Shown in pieces: positions 57,234-64,000 of a stretch of DNA of 64,000 bases. Numbering within the stretch: the first letter of the stretch is position 1; each line of letters begins with the position of its first letter. Position numbers and translations under genes: made by a program. Under the pieces are notes generated by a model, which had not been told where the DNA came from, did not search any database, and saw only the letters and a list, made by a program, of their open reading frames with translations. Source of the stretch: Lingula anatina (Eukaryota; Animalia; Brachiopoda); assembly GCA_051362555.1 (NCBI GenBank), contig CM120640.1:39410788-39474787 (forward strand). Direction: 5' to 3'.

Positions 57234-58130
57234 TCACACTATTTGAAACCTAGCGGTCAAAATGTCATAAACGGCCATTTCTACTTCTCTGTTTCTAGGT
57301 TTGGGGGGTGGGCGTGGCGCGCGGAGGATGGATTGCACACACGGTCCAATGAACGGGTTTGGAGTATTTGGTGCTGAATTCTGGTGGGAAGCAAAAGCAG
57401 ACGATTGGGCTGCAGCTTGTCCGGAAAGCAAAATTCGTTCGTCCAGACGTGCTAAAGTTTGCCACTCCATTGTGGGATCCTGTATAGGTCCAAAAGTACT
57501 GCGAAAGGCATCTGTGTGATCCCTTCTAGATGTAGTCAACATTTTGTCCAGAGCGTCATTAATGTCGTATACGTGCCGTTCCCGATATTCTGGGCCAAGT
57601 ATGTGATCTAGTGTATAGGACGGTTTCATTGCATTCTTATCTCTGTTGCAGCAAGTCATCGTCAACATCTCGGTTGATGGCTCATTCTCTATATTTCTAT
57701 GAAGTCCCAGGTTTGATTTCCCAGATTTTGTTGATGTTGCGTTTCTAAAGGTTTCGGGAAAGATATGTGTTTGGCGTTTTATTCGCATTCTTTCTTTGCC
57801 CCCGCTATCATTAATGTTGGTTTGAACACAAATATCAGCGGCTCCCATTTCAGCGACTGTGTCATCGATACAGCTTTTGAAACCAGTGTCTTTCGAGATT
57901 TCGCATTCGGTGAGCTTGTCCGTTTTTTCTTCAAATCCATATGTTGTATGCTGCTTTACATCGCAATTTTCTATCGCCAGCGATGTTAGATTTTTAAAAG
58001 AAGAAGAAACAGACGAAATTTCAATAAAAGCGTCCTCTTCATCAGATGTTGTGCCAGCAATACAAAAACAGGCTTCCAAGAACCTCCTTTTTTTCGATTT
58101 CCGCTTGGACTTTAGCTGGCGTGGTCTCAT
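57234..58130 (-). CDS. Intronless hypothetical protein (298 aa), no recognised domain
   Basis: 897-nt uninterrupted ORF in an AT-rich genome, with higher GC than its flanks. Basic N-terminus, CFC motif, Pro-rich C-terminus. Confidence 0.65.
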   Translation of the reverse strand: MRPRQLKSKRKSKKRRFLEACFCIAGTTSDEEDAFIEISSVSSSFKNLTSLAIENCDVKQHTTYGFEEKTDKLTECEISKDTGFKSCIDDTVAEMGAADICVQTNINDSGGKERMRIKRQTHIFPETFRNATSTKSGKSNLGLHRNIENEPSTEMLTMTCCNRDKNAMKPSYTLDHILGPEYRERHVYDINDALDKMLTTSRRDHTDAFRSTFGPIQDPTMEWQTLARLDERILLSGQAAAQSSAFASHQNSAPNTPNPFIGPCVQSILRAPRPPPKPRNREVEMAVYDILTARFQIV

Positions 58131-58230
58131 AGCACAAAAAAACTACCAATGCCAGTGGTCGCAATACATACTTGCACCAGAAATGTTATTAGTTACTTGG
58201 TGATATCATTATTTTGTGTTGGAAACTCTA

Positions 58231-58379
58231 TGACGTCAAGAGTAACACTTGGCGCAGTGACGTCAGATAGCATTTGCGGTTATAGTGCTAATAATGGAAC
58301 TTTTGACGTCCTGTTGCCCAGAGATACATTTCAAAAAAGTTTCAAAAAAATGTACATGTATATAAGTTATCACGGGAAC
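58231..58379. promoter_or_regulatory. CRE / X-box motif cluster upstream of the orphan ORF
   Basis: TGACGTCA at 58231-58238 and 58258-58265, TGACGTCC at 58304-58311, X-box-like GTTGCCCAGAGATAC 58313-58327 and GTTATCACGGGAAC 58366-58379. Confidence 0.5.
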
Positions 58380-58844
58380 GTCCTTCGTCATGTATGTTTT
58401 ATAAAGTAAGTGTATATTTATTATAGCGTAAATGCCTTTGTGACTTGTACAATATTACAAAGGATAGGTATTTGTTAAACATCGATATGCGGGCTCTGCT
58501 CTACCGATTTTTCTCTACAACATTTTTAAAGAAAAACAAATAGATCTAACTAAAATTTTTTCTTTCGTGTTTTTATTGTTATCATTATTGTCATACATGC
58601 AGCTTGGTTTAATGTGGAATAGATACAAAATATATAATTCACTGTGATGGCATGTGTTTAATGTTAAATAGCAATAGATATTAGTATTAGGTATTACTAT
58701 TATGGCTTTTCTTAGACGTACCTCCTTGTTCAGAGGATGTATATATATATATAGAGAGAGAGAGGGCAAGTATATAAAAAGTTATCCTTTGGCGCGTGCG
58801 GTTTGAGTTCTGCTACCGCAATCCGACTATCAAGTCACCTGACT

Positions 58845-60938
58845 TTAAGGAAATACCCCTGTTCTTAGCTTGGAAGTCCGCTTAACTTTTTGTGCCGTAA
58901 AATTCATTGCTAAGCGTACTTGTTGAAGCCATGGCTTTTCCTTGAAATTGTTAGCAAGCGACAGGCACGTAATGGCATAATCTCTGGCTTTTTGGCCTCT
59001 GTATTTCTCATATGTGGCAAGAGTTCGAGGAACAAGAGCGCCGTCACTTTTGTTGCGTCCATAGAAATGTGGTTTAGGACAAGTCTCTACGCTGAATAGA
59101 GGTAGAGGGAGCGATCCTTCCACAGACTTGGCTTTTGCTAAAAGAACAGCTGAACGTAGTGCTCTTTCTTGTTTCTTTTTCTTTTGGTTAGTTATCTTTT
59201 TCTTCAAGTCAGATTTTGCAATATCTTGCTCTGACTGTAGTTCATTATAAGCTTCCATTGCTTTGTATGCCGTAACGAACACACCCCTGTCTGCTTTACC
59301 GTCCTTGCTTTCGACGTTTTCACTATCAAAAGAGTCTAGAAGTTCGTCCGAAGCTTCCGAGTCCGCGTATTCAGTATCGCGTTGTGTGGTTGACGGTAAA
59401 TTTTGGAGCGAGCGACTGCCCAGCATTTTTCCTTCTCGTATTGGGGGTAAACGTAACATGTCCGTAGTGGTCTCGCTGTCACTGCGCTTTCGAGGTAAAG
59501 ATTTCTTTCGGTTAAATTTTGAACTGTTGGAGATCTCGGGTAACTCTGAGGCCTGGTTGCTTGTCTGGCGACTCATACGATCCCATTTGGTCAGACGGGG
59601 TAGTTTGAACTGTAGTTTCGCTTGTTGTCTGAAATAACTTTCATAGTCAAAATTTTCGCGATTCCCTTCGTCGATTTGGAGGGCTGGCAGTGCTTTTGAT
59701 TGTTTTTGTGGAGGCGGGGCAGGGTTACCTGTCACTGCGCTTTTTGTGAAACCATCGATATGAATTCCTTGCCCGACGAGAGCACCATAACAATACGGCC
59801 TCCGCTTAAACGAAGATTTCTCCCAGCCATATAGAAACAAAACTTTCTTTTTAGCCCTGTCACTCCAGTTTTTCATGCTCACATAAATAGAGGCAGGGAT
59901 TGTTTTAGACTGGGCGTATACGACCCTGCTGTACTGCTTTGAGAGCAGAAATTTCACGCACTGTTCCTGTTTGGCTTGTATAGCCACATTGAGCGGTTTT
60001 CGTCCCAGTCCATCCTTTGCCGTGATAACGCAGATGTTGCTGTGAGCGAAGGTGCGTAAAATGCCCAGTTGTCCGACTTCTGCCGCCTCGTGGACCGCTG
60101 TCTTCAAAGCGTCGACGTGAGACGAACTGTGGCACCACTGGCGGTACGGATGGTTCCCAACCGGTTCGTCAGGCCGCACTCCTTGACGCTGGAGGGTGAC
60201 ACACAGGTCAACGTGCCCGTAGTGCGCTGCTATGTACATCGCTACCCTCATCTGGTACAGAGCGGTTAAGTCTTCGGTGGAGAGTCGCGCCATGACATGA
60301 GACGTAAACCCGTTAATGGCAAGATTGAGAAAATCGTTCCATCCGTCCCATGTCTCCAAGCGCACGGTGTGTCCCACCTCCACGCCGTACTCATCCAAGA
60401 GATGCCCGTCGTACATTTCCCTGCCCATCACCGTGACGAGCCTGAAGGCGCCCACAGGCATCCCCGTCTTCCTGGACGCAATTCCTCGTAACTCTGCCAC
60501 TGACAACAAAGACACCTGAATCTGGTCGACGATCTTAACGTTGTCTTGGCTGTAGAGACAGTAAACGTACAGCACTGGTTTGATCTCTTCCCTCATTAGG
60601 ACTTTGACAGTACTCCCCTGGTGTACGCCGACATCAGAAAACACCCAACTATCCCCTAGGTCAGCCCCGCCGTAGTTCAAAGTAAGAATCTTTTTATCGG
60701 GTCTACCGTCATCAGACCCTATTCTAAACTTTTCTCTGATTAGTTTCTTTACTTCTGCTACTGTTAACCCATAAGGCACCTCCAAAAGCATCCGCTCTTT
60801 GTAATAGTTGAAAGAAATCTTCATGATGGACGGTATTTTTTTCCTCCGTCTTCGCGGCCGAGAGCCTCGGCCCGCTCCAGCTTTCTGCGCTAGGCTTCTG
60901 CTCTCGCCGTCGTCAGTGTAGTCGATTGATGTCATCAT
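58845..60938 (-). CDS. ANKUB1: Ankyrin repeat and ubiquitin domain-containing protein 1-like, single coding exon (697 aa)
   Basis: Two ubiquitin-like folds (LNYGGADLGDSWVFSDVGV; GREMYDGHLL...TVRLETWDGW) followed by ankyrin repeats (VAMYIAAHYGH, HPYRQWCH, VHEAAEVGQL), collinear with recalled vertebrate ANKUB1. Confidence 0.88.
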   Translation of the reverse strand: MMTSIDYTDDGESRSLAQKAGAGRGSRPRRRRKKIPSIMKISFNYYKERMLLEVPYGLTVAEVKKLIREKFRIGSDDGRPDKKILTLNYGGADLGDSWVFSDVGVHQGSTVKVLMREEIKPVLYVYCLYSQDNVKIVDQIQVSLLSVAELRGIASRKTGMPVGAFRLVTVMGREMYDGHLLDEYGVEVGHTVRLETWDGWNDFLNLAINGFTSHVMARLSTEDLTALYQMRVAMYIAAHYGHVDLCVTLQRQGVRPDEPVGNHPYRQWCHSSSHVDALKTAVHEAAEVGQLGILRTFAHSNICVITAKDGLGRKPLNVAIQAKQEQCVKFLLSKQYSRVVYAQSKTIPASIYVSMKNWSDRAKKKVLFLYGWEKSSFKRRPYCYGALVGQGIHIDGFTKSAVTGNPAPPPQKQSKALPALQIDEGNRENFDYESYFRQQAKLQFKLPRLTKWDRMSRQTSNQASELPEISNSSKFNRKKSLPRKRSDSETTTDMLRLPPIREGKMLGSRSLQNLPSTTQRDTEYADSEASDELLDSFDSENVESKDGKADRGVFVTAYKAMEAYNELQSEQDIAKSDLKKKITNQKKKKQERALRSAVLLAKAKSVEGSLPLPLFSVETCPKPHFYGRNKSDGALVPRTLATYEKYRGQKARDYAITCLSLANNFKEKPWLQQVRLAMNFTAQKVKRTSKLRTGVFP

Positions 60939-63900
60939 GAAGCCGCTACGCGTCTAGGTTACTGTATGTATACATAAGATTTACTAGTTTATTCATCGTC
61001 TAGAAGTGTGTTTCCACAGTACGATAATGGCCCAAGAGAGCTGCCTTAAACAAACCCTCACATAATGATTGTTGAGGGATTATTCTGTTTTCCATAACTT
61101 TTCTGAATAAATTGAAAGTATCTGGTTTTCTTTGATGTGTCGTCCATTCGGAGTTCCCAGAAGATTAAAAGCTCTCTGTAAAAAGCGGTTGCTCTGAGTA
61201 TGTCTATATCACGGGCTGGTAACTGTAAAAAGAGAAAAATTGCTATTATGAATGTGGACACAACGAAATGTAAATGTCAAAGTATGAAACCCACCCACCT
61301 GTTATTAATTATAAGATCTTTGTATTTTGAGAAGAAATACGCATTCGGCACAGTTACGTTGTAGGGCCTATACATATATGTAATAACTCCTTGTTACGAC
61401 GGTAAACATGCCGAAATACCCTTCCCTGTGCCTTTAATTATAGGACACAAAGTGAGTATTTCTTAAGGTAGTTTTTTTATTATTCGAATATAGAAGACTG
61501 TTCTTGCATGACGATGTTTGGTACGGCATTTTATTTCAGTTGTGTTCTGGTTTTTAGGCCAAATATTGCAACACTTTTTATGTTCCTGGCTTGCATCAAT
61601 GGGTGTCATTTATTCAATACAAAAAGGTACAGTCAAACCTGACATAAAGCACACTCTGAGGTCCAGCATAAAAGAAGAATATAAAGAAATAAATAAACTC
61701 AATAATTTTTTAATTCTTTGTCAAAATATTGAAAAGATTCGTCAGTTATTTTTCAATATTTACGTCTGAAATTGTCATAAGGTTTTGAGACGATAAATGA
61801 AACACTGGACAAAAATCAATATCCAAGTTTGACCAAATGATATTTTACAAGAAGCCGCTACAAATTAAATGCGTCAACTTGACATCATGCGCATGACAGT
61901 TACTTATTAGTGAGTTGGCGTAAATAATATCACGAATTTCAAGATCAAAGGCGTGTCAAAAAGTTTTGCGAGTTACCTGTTTATTCATTCAAAATCTTAA
62001 CGAAAAAATCCCAAATATGAGTGCCTTTACCTGATTGTCCACGTTTGTTCCATAAGTATTCAGTATTGGTTGAAAAGTTAATTTATAAGTAAAAAAAACA
62101 ATTAGAATTTCACATCATTCTGCTTTACCAAACAGATATTTTGTCTCCTCGCTGAAGTAGGCCTACTGGTAGCAGTGAAGCTTTTCAATGTTACATGTAT
62201 GTCACTTTTGATTGCCCTTGAGAGGTAGATAAAACTGATAAGCGTAAAAAAAGGGTTGAGTTCACTTGCTATCTTGTTTGATTCTTGAACGAAATATTGC
62301 ATCCTGGTTCATTGCCTCGTTAAATGCTCAATGCTATTACACTGCATTTCTCATGAACTCACCTGATCCGCGCGTTGTTGTAAATGATACTGTATTTCGG
62401 CGCGTGTGCCTTGGATTAAAAGGTTTCGTAGTATGTGACAGAAGGCTGTAGAGGGGCTTTTATTAACTAGGTTTCGGTGATGAGGGATTTGTCTCGAATT
62501 GATAACATTAATACTTCTCCTTATCAGTGGTAGTTTAGAAATACATGTATGCGTGGAGTCAGCATATCGCAGCTTTTGATTATAACCATGATGAAAACTC
62601 ATTAACCCCGGAGAAAAGTTGAATTAGTTTTAGAGATCGATTTCAATTTGTATTACAGGTGAACAAAGACGTCAAGGGTTTGCATAGCAACGCTGTACAA
62701 GATAGAGTTTATTCGACCCAATCTACGTGATGCAATGAGATAACAGCTGATTAATCTGAATGGTTGGTTTAATACTTAGTTACACCAGACCAAGAAGGCA
62801 TCTCCTTGACTAGACCGGGGTCATTTGCTCCAAGTGTCTGATTGAATTTCAAGATGATGCTTGGATATACAAAATTATTTACAGAAAATGATTTGGTGAA
62901 AAAAAAGTACAATTAGTCGTACATGATAATTTGTGGTTTGTTACGGTATTCCATGTGTGAAATTTGAGTACGGGCGGTAAAAAAATATTATAAATTATAC
63001 ACGTCAGGAGTGACCGCCATCGTCACGTTTTCATGATTCAAAGAAAAATGCGTTATGAGACACTCCGTACGTGTGCAGCGTGATTTCTTAAATGTTGAGG
63101 GCACTGGTTTTTCGTGCCGGTGCAATTCATAACCCTAAATATCGATATTAGAACAGTCAAGTTTAGACTCCAATTTACGAAAAACAATAATTACATCAAA
63201 AAGGGAAGTTATTGTCATTCGGATAAGAGGTGAAATTAATACAAGTTTCAAAATTAAAAATAATAAGCTTGTTGTGACATGGCTTACATAGCTTAAAAAC
63301 TTTCGATACAATATACCTCTTATGCAGAATTGTCTTCCAAAATAAATATTGGATGATTTATACTCACGCCTGTTTTAAATTTGTTTCGTGTAGACCGTTC
63401 TTCTCTGTAAAACTTAACTGGATCGGAATTACCAAAAGTACCATTCAGATTAATAATTTTTATGATAGACAACATAAACCACACGTTTCCTGTCACTAAG
63501 GCGTCTGTGGAGAACGCTGTGAATCAGTGTTTTCTGTGTCTAGGACTAACAGAGCGAGTTTAAAGTGTAATTTCTTGACACACGAAGCTATTGTTAATAC
63601 ATTCAACATGGGTCGATTGAAATGAATTCATTTTTCATTGATTACGAGACATCTTTAGGTGTTTGTTATTTTTGTAGTGCAAGTGGTCCATTACCGCTGT
63701 TTTATCTGCTTTCTGTATTTAACTGCTTCGAGCAAACATGAATTCAGTGGAGAGCTATTGTATAAGGGCACATGATACACGCGCAATATTAATTCTAAGT
63801 GAAGGGTCGCCTGTCTATTATTCCCTTCACCAGCCCGATGTCGGTATATAAATTGTCCAATACAGGTATGACTTCTAATCTTGTTCAACTGACTGGTATT

Positions 63901-64000
63901 TGTCAAGAAAACAAACTTTCCATTAGAGCTTAACGTATCAATAGACTTTCTAATGCTGGCTTAAACCAACTTCTCTCTGCTGGTAACCAGTACGCGGGTA

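Overview
Eukaryotic (invertebrate-animal-like, AT-rich, intron-dense) genomic window with no prokaryotic systems or CRISPR. In order: PNPLA2/ATGL-like lipase copy A (-, 8 exons), SAAL1 (-), PNPLA2-like copy B (+, same 8-exon structure; an inverted duplicate flanking SAAL1), a complete but coding-defective Ty3/Gypsy (Mag-like) LTR retrotransposon with near-identical 279-bp LTRs and a 5-bp TSD, GTF3C3 (-), BSDC1 (+, with a large 12-aa charged repeat expansion), TFB1M (-), TYW1 (+), an intronless 298-aa orphan ORF (-) and an ANKUB1-like gene with an intronless CDS (-). Three gene pairs are head-to-head. Most notable: different substitutions of the conserved DGG glycine in the two lipase paralogs, patchy near-identity between them, the probable single-alpha-helix insert in BSDC1, two small MITE-like elements with 9-bp TSDs (one with a paralogous empty site), GC-AG introns in GTF3C3, TACATGTA enrichment, and a CRE/X-box-rich promoter in front of the orphan ORF. 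Gene identities come from recalled protein motifs, not database searches. I did not find a clearly new multi-gene system.
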